A program made the position numbers and the translations under genes. DNA of 64,000 nt from Azolla caroliniana. Taxonomy: Eukaryota > Plantae > Polypodiophyta. Shown piece by piece: positions 10,581 through 21,449 of the stretch; positions within the stretch are counted from its first letter, which is position 1; each line of letters opens with the position of its first letter. The stretch spans positions 310,001 to 374,000 of the forward strand of contig JBHGNT010000002.1 of NCBI GenBank assembly GCA_043228905.1, read 5' to 3'. Below the pieces are notes generated by a model that was given only the letters and a program-made list of their open reading frames with translations, was not told where the DNA came from and ran no database searches.

Positions 10581-12319
10581 GCGGGACAAGTGCATATGGA
10601 GGCACCCAAAGAAGAGAAATCTCATCCCGCTCCGAGTAGTGACAAGGAAAGAAGAACAGGAGGAGCTACTGGCGGCATTTCACGAGTGTCCCTGGATTGG
10701 GCACCGCGGAACGTGGGCCACGTTCGAGAAGCTGAAGGAGAAGTACTGGTGGCCGGGGCTATACCATGACGTGCATTGGTTCGTAACGACTTGCGAAAGC
10801 TGTGAGACGCACTCCACAGTCCGACACCGGGACGAGCTACACCCGACCTACCCGCCTACGGTCCATTTCGAGTGGATGGTGGACTTGGTGACGATGCCGA
10901 TGGGAGTAGGACAGATGCGATACTTGGTGCTTGCACGGGAAGACTTAACGAACCAGGTGGAAGGTCGTGCACTGCAGAACAAGACAACCGCGGTGGTATG
11001 TCGGTTCCTGATCGAAGAAGTAGTGTGTTGGTATGGGTGCGTCGGGAGGATCGTGGTGGACCGAGGAGAGCTAGATGCACGGGAAGTTGAGGAGTTGTTC
11101 GACCGGCTAGGTGTCAAACTCTCCCTCACTACGGCATACAATCAAGAGGCAAACGGAAAGGTAGAACGTGGGCACGGGCCGATTGTAAAGGCGTTGGTGC
11201 GTGCATGCGGAGGGCAGGTCGGGAATTGGCCGCGCCTCCTTCCTTACGCACTATGGGCGGACCGAACTACGCACAGTTCGGTGACTGGGTTTATGTCGGT
11301 AGAGCTGATGTACTGACAGAAGCCGATCATGTCGGTGGAACGAACAGTTTCTTCATGGGCGGCGGTAGATTGGAAGGATGAGATGAGCCGGGAGGAATTG
11401 CTGGCGGCGCAGATTCAGCAACTCGAGCGGAGGTCGGAGGACATAAAAAGGGTGGAGGAGAAGCTGCGGGCGGCAAGGGAGCGGAACAAGACCCTGTTCA
11501 ACCGGACACACCGGTTGCGACCAAAGAAGATCGAGGAAGGCGACTGAGTCTTGGTGTACGACAGCAGCCTCGACAATCAGCACAAGGCGGTGCGAAAGTT
11601 TGCTAGGAGGTGGTTCGGGCCCTACACGGTGACAAGCGTGAATGACAATGGCACGTACCACCTCGCGGATTTGGACGGGACACGGCTAGCAATGCCAGTT
11701 GCCGGGAAGCGGATCAAAGCGTTCAAGAAGTGGTTCGAAGACGAGCCGGAGCCTGCGAGCCGGAGCGACAACGACGATCGGTTCGGGCCCGGCGGAGAAT
11801 CAGAGAACGACGAGTGAAGTCGGTTTTCTTCGATATCTACCTGTCTCTGGCGCATGTTGGTGGATGCGCGGTTTGGTGGGGGTGGATGTCGTGAAGAAAA
11901 CCGGGCAGAGGCGGAATTGGAGAAAAAGGCGCATGAACCGGCTCTTACACGGATGGGCGCATGAATTGATATTTTGATATTTTATACATGATTCATAAAT
12001 GGATCGGCTGATGTAAATACTAAGTAGTACACATTTATTAGGGGATTGTACGTATCTATGTTAGAGGGAACAGGGAATAAAATCATCGTTCGCGGTCTCT
12101 CTCTCTCCTCAAATCATCGTTCTCTACGGGTGTCGGGAGTTTGTTGCCTCTGCTTCGTGGACAGCCCGTGTGCTTCCAAGAGAGTCTCTCTCCTTCCCCT
12201 TTCCCCTCTTGTTTCTTCGAGTCGTGTGGCTGTCGTCAGTGTGCCTGAGTAGGACCCCGTGTCGGGTCCATTACCGGGTTGCCGGTTGTAAGCTACTAAC
12301 TATAGTAATCAGATTCCTG

Positions 12320-12362
<43 letters not shown>

Positions 12363-12423
12363 CTTGGTTCAAAACCCCCATGGTCCCGCCTCTTTCTCCA
12401 CGCACGCGCGTAACAACGCGACA

Positions 12424-13108
12424 AAGTCCTCGCCTTTCACTATGAGTTCACTGCAAAGTGCCCTTCCCCAGGAGGACAATCGCTTCTGCCACGCCCTCCA
12501 ATGTACAGTTTGTTCGGTATCAGGCCATCTGGCGCTCGAATGTCCTCACCGACCACAATGTCTGATCTGTTAGTCCCGATCCCACACTGTCAAACACTGC
12601 GAATACAATATGCTCAACCGCACAACGACGACTCCGGTTCGCCAAATCGAGCCTCGGGATACATACTCTCATCAGGATGAGTGCCAATGCTACCAGAACC
12701 AGGATAACCAACGACGGCGATCGCCAGATAGACGGCGCCGTAACGACGATTACCATCGGGACGACAACCGTTACCGAAACGACAATCGACGGAGATCAGA
12801 CGATCGTCGTGATCGCTATCACGATGACTAGTATCGGGCAAACGATGATTACGATCGGAATGAAGAGGAGCGGGATGACCGTTACGATCAGAGAAATTTC
12901 TGTAATGATCGGTGCAACTCTCATCGAGGATCGCGCAATAACCGAAGGAATAACGACAACCGTTGTCCGGACCTACCGCACAATGAACTGCGCAGCTCGA
13001 ACGCACCGGGAATCAACCGCACCCCACGGATCGGGCTGGCACAAACAACTCAGTCGATGTTACCTACTTCAAGTGCAACCAACCCGGTTACTATGCTACG
13101 CAATGCCC
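12424..13108 (+). pseudogene. Element B gag, nucleocapsid region
   Basis: CTVCSVSGHLALEC, CLIC*SRSHTVKHC, an Arg/Asp-rich tract, then a degenerate third knuckle (FKCNQPGYYATQC) ending at the copia-1 insertion. Confidence 0.75.
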
Positions 13109-16100
13109 TGTCGAATACAAGTGTATAATGGACGTATTCACACTATCCCTTTGTATAGATCAAGTTTGGGCCATTTGTGTAATTAGCATAAATGGTAGTT
13201 GCCCTAAGTCGGTCACTATATATAGTGACCTTGTAACCTTTTTTGTAAGGTTAGTTGTATTATTGTTTCTATTGAATAGAAAGTCTTTTGTGTCTCTCTC
13301 TCTCTCTCTCTCTGTGCACAATCTTGGAAACTGTCATACGCAGGTACTCAACCCCAATCGAATGCTATCAGATCTTCCGCATCGACACGGCCTTGTCTTC
13401 AACATCTGGTATCAGAGCCTGCACAGTATTCGGTCCTTCATCCCGCTGTTGGCCGTCGTCTCAGCCTGCACAGCATTCGGTTTCTTGCGTCATTCGAAGA
13501 AGAGAGAAGAAGAAGAAAAACGAGGCTTGCATCTCATCGCGTTAGATCATCTTCGCTTGGAGTAAGCCAGCAGGTTGTACTCTGTTCCTTGTGATCGTAA
13601 CCGCTCGAGGTGAAATCCCCTTGTGCAACATTGACACGATCGTGCTCCACTCGGTTAAACGGCATCCGAAGAGGTCATCAAACGCTGCTCGCCGCTCATT
13701 GTAACCACTCGGTGCAGATCGGTCTCAAGACAACAACCCCAATTCGTGCTTCATCCGGCTGATCGACATTCGGGAGGATCAGTTGGATCCGTCTCTCTCG
13801 TCGCTGCAGTCACCCGAAGCAGAATCGGTCCAGACAATCGGTTTCAATAATCGGTATTTGGCATATATATATTCGGAAGCGAACCGGGCTCACTCCGACT
13901 CGGCAACATTCGGGAAGACCAGTCGGTTCTATCCCTCAAGTTACCGGAGTCAATTCGAGCAAGTTCAACAATACATATATCCGAAGCCGAACCGACTCGA
14001 GTTCAAATCCGACTAGAACGATATCGGGTGAGCCAACCGGCTGCACTCCAACAAGGTTCGTAGTCAACTCCGAACCGAGCTTCGTCAACCGAAACCAAAT
14101 TTGATGGCATCAACATCCGGCTCGTCAGAAATGAGTCTACGAAAGTTCGATGGATCGAACTTCAACTTCTGGAAGGAGCAAATGCAGGACTATCTCATAG
14201 TCAAGGGGCAAATCGATCCCATCGAAAATGAAGAACCTCCAGAAGGATACAAACCAATTGAGTGGCAGAAGCTGGACAGAATCGTCCGCGCCACGATTCG
14301 GATGCACCTATCGGAATCGGTATACTTTACGGTGCAATCGTGTACGACAACATTCGAATTGTGGAAAACGTTGTCGGACACCTACGAAAAGAAGGTCGCC
14401 GCAACGAAGATGTTTCTGATCCGGCGCCTCTACAACTTGCGGATGAAAGAATCAGATTCGGTTCAAGCACATCTCAATGAGTACGAAAGCATAAGCTCCC
14501 AAATCTCATCTCAGGGGATGGCAATCGAGGATGAACTCAGAGCAATGATACTCATGAGTAGCCTTCCCTCATCATGGGAAACTTTCGTCACAACCGTGTG
14601 CAACGCGTCAACCACAGCTGTTAAATACTCCGAAGTCACGAGCGCAATCCTGACCGAAGCAGCTCGGAGAAAGTCTTTCGCCAAAGACTCAACAGACGAC
14701 GCTTATGTAGTACAAGGTTCGACAGACCGATCGAACATACGAGGAAGAGATTCCTCACGGCAGCCGAACAATCAACGAAGACGGAGCCAGTCATGGGATA
14801 ATCGAATCTGCAACTATTGCAAGAAACCGGGACACATCAAAGCCGACTGCCGCGCACTCAAGAACAAGAACGACAAGTCTCAGAAATCAGACAAGAAGAG
14901 TGGCCGGCATGAGGAGATCAATTATGTCAGCTTCTCAGCTGATGTGCTACCAAACGACCCGAATATACTATCAATCGAAAATCCAGTCGGATCAGAAGTT
15001 CTGCTCACGACTGAAGAATCGAGCACATGGCTCTTAGATTCGGGCGCGTCATTTCACGTGACTCCTCATCGATCCCAATTTCGGCAATATACGATCCGTC
15101 ACTCCGACTCAGTTCGAGTCGGCAACTCGCAACACTGTGACATCATTGGAATCGGCACAGTAGAGCTCAACCTTGCAAGTGGTTCTACACTTGTACTTCA
15201 CAATGTCCGACATGTACCCGAGCTCTCAAGGCCATTGATCTCAGTCGGACAACTAGATGAAGACGGCATTCGTGCCGGTTTTTCTTCGGGAGGGTGGACA
15301 CTCCACAGGGGGAACCTCCTGCTTGCTAGAGGACCCAAGATACACTCACTGTATCCGTTACATGTTACGCTCAGAGAGGGTAACCTGTTTTTGGTGGATA
15401 TTCCTGTGTCATCACTATGGCACAGAAGATTAGGACACCTCAGCAAGGCCGGCATTACGCACCTATCTAGAGCCGGATACATCCCTAAACTCTCCTTCTC
15501 GGACCATCAATTCTGCGAACATTGCCAGTATGGCAAACAAGCAGCCGCATCACACCCGACATCAGCACCAAGAGAAACGAGACCTCTCGATCTAGTCCAC
15601 TCGGACGTCTGTGGCCCAATGCCGCATCAGTCTCTCGGCGGTGCCTCTTACTTCGTCAGTTTTATTGACGATTCGACTCGAAAGGTGTGGGCTTATCCAA
15701 TTCGCACCAAAGATCGTGTCTTCTCGATCTTCTCCGATTGGCTCGCTATGGTAGAAAATCAAACTGACCGAAAACTGAAATGCTTTCGGACCGACAATGG
15801 GGGAGAGTTCAAATCAGAAGAATTCGTCAAATTCTGCCGACAACGCGGCATCCGACGTGAATTTACGGCACCACACAGTCCGGAGCAAAACGGGATTGCA
15901 GAACGCATGAATCGGACAATCCAAGAACGGATAGTTTCCATGCTCCAACACTCCGGACTGTCGGATGGCTTCTGGGCAGAGGCTCTACTCACGGCAGTAC
16001 ACATAATCAATATGTCGCCAAGCAGACCTCTAGGACTTCAAATTCCTCAGGAACTATGGATCGGCAGTAAGCCGAATTACGACAAGCTGAGGATCTTCGG

Positions 16101-18634
16101 ATGCGAGGCGTACGCCCTTATTCCGAAAGATGATCGCCGAAAACTTGCACCTCGGTCCAGGAAATGCATTTTCCTTGGATATGGATCAGACGGCGAAATG
16201 GGATACCGACTCTGGGACCCCGAACGCAGACAAATCGTTCGAAGTTCGGACGTTGTGTTCAACGAGTCGGCTATGAATCCATCAGTCGAAAAACCGATCG
16301 AAGTCCGAAGGGTAACATTTTCCGATGTGCCGACCCTTCAAGAAGGCCCCACTCTTAACACACGGTCAACTTCACAGGTAGCTGAACCTTACACCACCGA
16401 CTCGGACAACTCTGACTCGGCACAGCAGAATAATTCGCTTTCGGACCATCCGACCTCGATACCCGATGCGACCAGTCCAATCATACCTCGACGATCCGAG
16501 AGACTGTCGCAACCTCCGGAGAGGTATTCTCCTGGAATTTTCTTCACCGACGCCGGTGAACCGACGTCTTACGAAGAAGCGTCGACATCTGTCGATTCAG
16601 CCACCTGGCATCTGGCGATGGAGTCGGAAATGCACTCCATTCGGGCAAACAAGACTTGGGATCTGGTCGAACTACCTAAGAATCGACGTGCTCTTCCTTG
16701 CAAGTGGGTTTATCGGCTAAAAGAGACGTCTGATTCGACCACCCCAAAGTACAAGGCCAGATTAGTTGCGAAGGGCTTCCGACAAGAATATGGCGTCGAC
16801 TTCGACGAGATTTTTTCACCAGTGGTGAAAATGACAACCCTTCGTTTTCTACTCGGCGTAGTGGCAGCCGACAACTTGGAGCTGATTCAGCTAGATGTCA
16901 AAACAGCCTTCCTCCATGGTGATCTTGAAGAGGAAATTTATATGGAACAGCCAAAAGGCTTCGTGGCAACTGGCCAAGAACATCTAGTCTGCCGACTCAG
17001 GAAGAGTCTATACGGCCTCAAACAGGCACCGCGACAATGGTACAAGAAGTTCGACGACTTCATCCAATCGATCGGCTTCTCAAAAAGCGATGAGGACCAT
17101 TGTCTTTTTACCAACACAGCTCAAGATGGATCACCCATCTTCCTCATCATCTACGTGGACGACATGCTAATTTCTGGACGCCACGCGGGCGAACTTGCCG
17201 ATCTCATTCGGCAACTGCGGTTGAAGTTTGCCATGAAGGACCTCGGTCCGGCACGACACATACTCGGCATGAAGATTAGTCGGCATCGCGACAAACGACA
17301 TCTTTTTTTGTCTCAGACCGACTATATCGGACGTGTCTTGGAACGCTTCAACATGCAATCAGCCAAATCTGCTTCAACCCCGCTCCCCATGAATCTTCGG
17401 CTCTCTCAGCGAGACTGCCCGACATCCGGTCCGGAGGGGGAAGATATGAAGTCGGTACCGTATGCACCGGCAGTCGGCTCCCTTATGTACCTGATGGTCG
17501 CGACACGGCCTGATATTTCTCATGCCGTAGGAGTCGTTAGCAGATTTATGCACAATCCTGGCCGATCGCATTGGAACGCAGTCAAGCATGTGTTCAAATA
17601 TCTGGCTGGCACAAAAGATCACGGCATTCTTTTCGGTCCGAACTCAACCTCAGGCGTAGTCGGTTACACCGACTCGGACTTCGCCGGCTGTATAGACAGT
17701 CGGAAATCAACAACCGGATACTGCTTCAAATTCGGCAATGGAGCAATTTCGTGGAAGTCGAAACTTCAGGAGTGCACAGCGACCTCAACGACCGAAGCAG
17801 AATATGTAGCTACGTCCGACGCGGCAAAAGAAGCTTTATGGCTCGGCCGGCTGGCGCACACGTTTCGACAGGTCGACCATGACTCGGCCCCAGTTGTCTA
17901 TAGCGACAGTCAAGGTGTTGTTGCCTTGTCGAAAAATCCGGTTCACCACAACGCCTCCAAACATATCGACGTTCGATATCACTTCGTTCGGGACTGCGTC
18001 ATTTCAGGGAAAATCGGTCTAGAGAAAATATCCACAACCGACAATGTCGCAGATGGAATGACCAAGTGTCTTTCGGCAGACCGCTTTCGGTCCCTTCGGC
18101 ATCAGATGGGCGTAACGACAAACCAGTCCGGCTAGAGCCGGACACAGCGCAGGATGGTTTCAGACAACCGACATCAGTTCCCTAATGATCGGCTTCAACT
18201 CTTCCGACCCGACCAGTCCGGTCTTCTGCCTTCGGACCCTGCCGACTCGAACAAAACTGATATGTCCGAGAACCTAGGTTTATACCTGTAATCTTAGATA
18301 ACCCATGTATACGCCCATTACGGGGGAGTGTCGAATACAAGTGTATAATGGACGTATTCACACTATCCCTTTGTATAGATCAAGTTTGGGCCATTTGTGT
18401 AATTAGCATAAATGGTAGTTGCCCTAAGTCGGTCACTATATATAGTGACCTTGTAACCTTTTTTGTAAGGTTAGTTGTATTATTGTTTCTATTGAATAGA
18501 AAGTCTTTTGTGTGTGTGTCTCTCTCTCTCTCTCTCTCTCTGTGTGCACAATCTTGGAAACTGTCATACGCAGGTACTCAACCCCAATCGAATGCTATCA
18601 GATCTTCCGCATCGACACGGCCTTGTCTTCAACA
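13109..18634 (+). mobile_element. Copia-1: intact full-length Ty1/copia LTR retrotransposon
   Basis: LTRs 13109-13404 and 18329-18634 are identical by eye except for microsatellite length; TSD TGCCC both sides; PBS-Met TGGTATCAGAGCC 13407-13419; PPT GGGGGAG to 18328. Confidence 0.98.
14104..18135 (+). CDS. Copia-1 Gag-Pol polyprotein (gag, PR, INT, RT, RNase H), uninterrupted
   Basis: CNYCKKPGHIKADC, WLLDSGAS, LVHSDVCGP..TDNGGEF..NGIAERMN, QLDVKTAFL, IYVDDML, YTDSDFAG..TEAEY. Confidence 0.97.
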   Translation: MASTSGSSEMSLRKFDGSNFNFWKEQMQDYLIVKGQIDPIENEEPPEGYKPIEWQKLDRIVRATIRMHLSESVYFTVQSCTTTFELWKTLSDTYEKKVAATKMFLIRRLYNLRMKESDSVQAHLNEYESISSQISSQGMAIEDELRAMILMSSLPSSWETFVTTVCNASTTAVKYSEVTSAILTEAARRKSFAKDSTDDAYVVQGSTDRSNIRGRDSSRQPNNQRRRSQSWDNRICNYCKKPGHIKADCRALKNKNDKSQKSDKKSGRHEEINYVSFSADVLPNDPNILSIENPVGSEVLLTTEESSTWLLDSGASFHVTPHRSQFRQYTIRHSDSVRVGNSQHCDIIGIGTVELNLASGSTLVLHNVRHVPELSRPLISVGQLDEDGIRAGFSSGGWTLHRGNLLLARGPKIHSLYPLHVTLREGNLFLVDIPVSSLWHRRLGHLSKAGITHLSRAGYIPKLSFSDHQFCEHCQYGKQAAASHPTSAPRETRPLDLVHSDVCGPMPHQSLGGASYFVSFIDDSTRKVWAYPIRTKDRVFSIFSDWLAMVENQTDRKLKCFRTDNGGEFKSEEFVKFCRQRGIRREFTAPHSPEQNGIAERMNRTIQERIVSMLQHSGLSDGFWAEALLTAVHIINMSPSRPLGLQIPQELWIGSKPNYDKLRIFGCEAYALIPKDDRRKLAPRSRKCIFLGYGSDGEMGYRLWDPERRQIVRSSDVVFNESAMNPSVEKPIEVRRVTFSDVPTLQEGPTLNTRSTSQVAEPYTTDSDNSDSAQQNNSLSDHPTSIPDATSPIIPRRSERLSQPPERYSPGIFFTDAGEPTSYEEASTSVDSATWHLAMESEMHSIRANKTWDLVELPKNRRALPCKWVYRLKETSDSTTPKYKARLVAKGFRQEYGVDFDEIFSPVVKMTTLRFLLGVVAADNLELIQLDVKTAFLHGDLEEEIYMEQPKGFVATGQEHLVCRLRKSLYGLKQAPRQWYKKFDDFIQSIGFSKSDEDHCLFTNTAQDGSPIFLIIYVDDMLISGRHAGELADLIRQLRLKFAMKDLGPARHILGMKISRHRDKRHLFLSQTDYIGRVLERFNMQSAKSASTPLPMNLRLSQRDCPTSGPEGEDMKSVPYAPAVGSLMYLMVATRPDISHAVGVVSRFMHNPGRSHWNAVKHVFKYLAGTKDHGILFGPNSTSGVVGYTDSDFAGCIDSRKSTTGYCFKFGNGAISWKSKLQECTATSTTEAEYVATSDAAKEALWLGRLAHTFRQVDHDSAPVVYSDSQGVVALSKNPVHHNASKHIDVRYHFVRDCVISGKIGLEKISTTDNVADGMTKCLSADRFRSLRHQMGVTTNQSG

Positions 18635-18639
18635 TGCCC

Positions 18640-21449
18640 AACAACAGACTGTGGAAAGGCTCCTGCCGTGAATAGTATTATGGCTGATGTACAAAATGTC
18701 ACAACATGCAACAAAGCCCAGGCTACCCGATGGCAAGTTCAGGACGAAGACCGGCAAGCAGCCAAAGAATGGATGGATATGGCCAACAAAAACAATGTGG
18801 TGCGGATGCACACGAAAATGGGAGACGCGACCATCGGAGCAACACAGTCCTCGGCTCCATCCACGGTGCCAGAAGATGACCAGTTGTGGGATGCCCTTAC
18901 CAGTTCCAGGATCAACTTACCTCTACATAAACTCTTACCACTCATGCTGCGTTTTCGGGACAGCTTGGCTTCACTCATGGCCAACAACCAGTCCACCGCA
19001 CCACATGTGCACCTGACCGAGCCAGGAACAGGTCCACCTCTTATGGATGCGCCGAATCCAGCCATAAAAATTATGATTAAAGGGAAGGACCTGCACGGGT
19101 GGATAATCGACGGTGGCTCTAGCGTGAATGTCATCAGCGAGGCTACCTGTCGTAAACTCGGCCTGAATCAATGGGAACCTTGCCCCTTTTGGCTTCGGAT
19201 GGCCGACACACGATCGGTTCGCCCCATCGGATTAATTTGCCACCTCGACTTAATCTAGGAGGCCACATGTTCACTATCTCGTCCGTTCTCTTACGACTCG
19301 AAGCACACGGGGCTTACCCAATGTTACTGGGCAAACCATGGTTGCGCACAACCAATATCAAACAACATTGGCAGCGCAACATGATCTCGTTTCGCCGAGG
19401 AAAGACCAAGGTCCGGATCATAACCGAAGAAGGTGTCACCACGCCCCACAACACCTTGTCGTTATACGCGAAATGGGTGCACATGCTCGACGGATTAGCT
19501 GATGACGAGGTGGAAGATTTCCTAGAAGACCATCCCACTATCATACCTCTCTTCGAAATCGACGCCATGTCAGCCGTTGGCACACCTCTAGACGAGGAGG
19601 TCATGATGAATACACCTTCCCAGGATGAGCCCGATCCCACCACCATTGCCGAATTACGACACGCTCGGGACGCTTTTGAACGTGAACTCGCCATCTCCCA
19701 ACGCGTGAAGGCATCAACGCTCGAAACACTGAACCTCGGTTCGGACGACACCCCTCGGACCCTACAGATTGCTAATAACTTACCAGTCGGTGAACGAGCA
19801 ACCCTCATCCACTTACTCACCGATTACTAGGATGTATTCGCATGGTCTTACACGGATATGAAGGGTTTGGACCCACAATACTACCAACACCAGATCCACC
19901 TTCTCCCGAACGCTTGGTCGGTTCAACAAAGACGATATCGGATGAACCCCAATTATGCGGCTAAGGTCAAGGAAGAAATAGACAAGCTCCTACGAGTCGG
20001 GTTCATACGACCGGTAAAACGTGCCACATGGTTAACCCCAATCGTAGTCGTCCCCAAGAAAAATGGGAAAATCCGAGTCTGTGTGGACTACCGCAAGCTT
20101 AATACTGCAACGGTCACGGATGGATTCCCTCTCCCGTTCACGGATAGTGTTCTCGACACGGTGGCAGGTCACGAATGCTACAACTTTCTAGACGAGTTTA
20201 GTGGGTACAACCAAATCAGAATGCACCCGGATGATCAAGAGAAAAAACATTTGTCAAGGAATGGGGTGTTTTCGTGGCAGAAGTCATGATGTTCGGTTTA
20301 AAAACAACGTTGGCCACGTTCCAACGCATCATCACTGAAATTTTTAAGGAGTATATCCCGGCGTTCATGCAAGTCTTTCTCGACGACTTCGCTGTATATG
20401 GTCAGCGACTGGAACACATGACCCAGTTACGCCTCTGTCTTGATCGATGTCGCTAGGCTCGATTAAGTTTAAACCCGGCAAAGTGTGCGCATTCTTGATG
20501 ACAAGCGGCAACCTACTCGAACACATCGTCAGTCAAGAAGGTATCGCCATGGACCCGGATAAAGTACAAGCCATCTTAAAAGCCCCGTCACCCTCGAACA
20601 CAAAAGGCCTCAACCGATTTCTGGGATAAATCAGATGGCACAGCTGGATGATACACCACCTGGCCGACTTCGCGACAACACTACACGTGGCGGTGCATCG
20701 ACTCCCCTTTCAATGGACTTCGAACCTTTTCACGTCTTCGTGGATGCATCAGATATTGCCATCGGGAGTGCACTTATGCAATGCACGCCCCCAATTTGGT
20801 ATCGACCAGTGTATTATGCTAGCCGACGTCTCTTGGCCGCGGAAAAGAACTATTCAACCACCGAACGAGAGGCCCTCGGTATGATCTACAATATCAGTAA
20901 ATCTCGGCATTACCTCTTAGGCCGAAAATTCACCTTTCACGTCGATCACTCGGCCCTCCTCTACCCGGTTAATAAACAAGCCCTGATAGGTCGACAGGCT
21001 CGATGGATGCTCCTATTACAAGACTTTGATTTTCATATACAACATCGACCCGGAGTTCAACACGCCTTCGCCGATTACCTAAGCCGCCTCGAGTCTGGAG
21101 ACCCTGCCGAGCCCACGTATGACGATCTACCCGATGTCGGCTTATTTCATCTCGCAACGCTAACCGACGACAAAGAAGATGAATGGATCACGGAGATGAC
21201 CCATTTCCTTAGTACTGGCTTGCCTCCCGACCACATGGCCCTCGATGTACAGAAACAACTCGTAGTACGTAGCCGCAACTTTTGTCTAGTTTCCGACATC
21301 CTCTATCACATAGGCTCGGATGGATATATGGCTTCAGGCCATTCGAAAATTCAAGAAGAAGGCCATCCTCCAAGAAGCCCACCTCGGAATCGCCGGCAGA
21401 CACTACGCCGGAGAGTCCATGGCACGGAAAGTATGGCAGAGTGGGTTAT
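18640..21449 (+). pseudogene. Element B protease-RT-RNase H-start of integrase
   Basis: IIDGGSSVNVIS; VVVPKKNGKIRVCVDYRKLN; VFLDDF; FHVFVDASDIAIG..NYSTTEREALG..VDHSAL; several stops and frameshifts. Confidence 0.9.

Larger units (their letters stand above)
5271..11817 (+). pseudogene. Element C RT-RNaseH-integrase (interrupted at 6748, 9119 and 10369)
   Basis: PYSNRWFTVPKKNG, LPQGGTNSV, FLDDIPIKG; RH VTVDTSPIGIG; integrase HHCC zinc finger plus WMVDLV..VVDRGE..NGKVERG; WFGPY motif. Confidence 0.9.
2440..12423 (+). mobile_element. Element C: tRNA-Trp-primed Ty3/gypsy, degenerate, with three nested insertions
   Basis: LTRs 2440-3101 and 11887-12423 (TGTCGTGAAG...CGCGACA), PBS at 3106, G-rich PPT 11875-11886, gag-PR then RT-RH-INT. 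No matching TSD. Confidence 0.92.
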
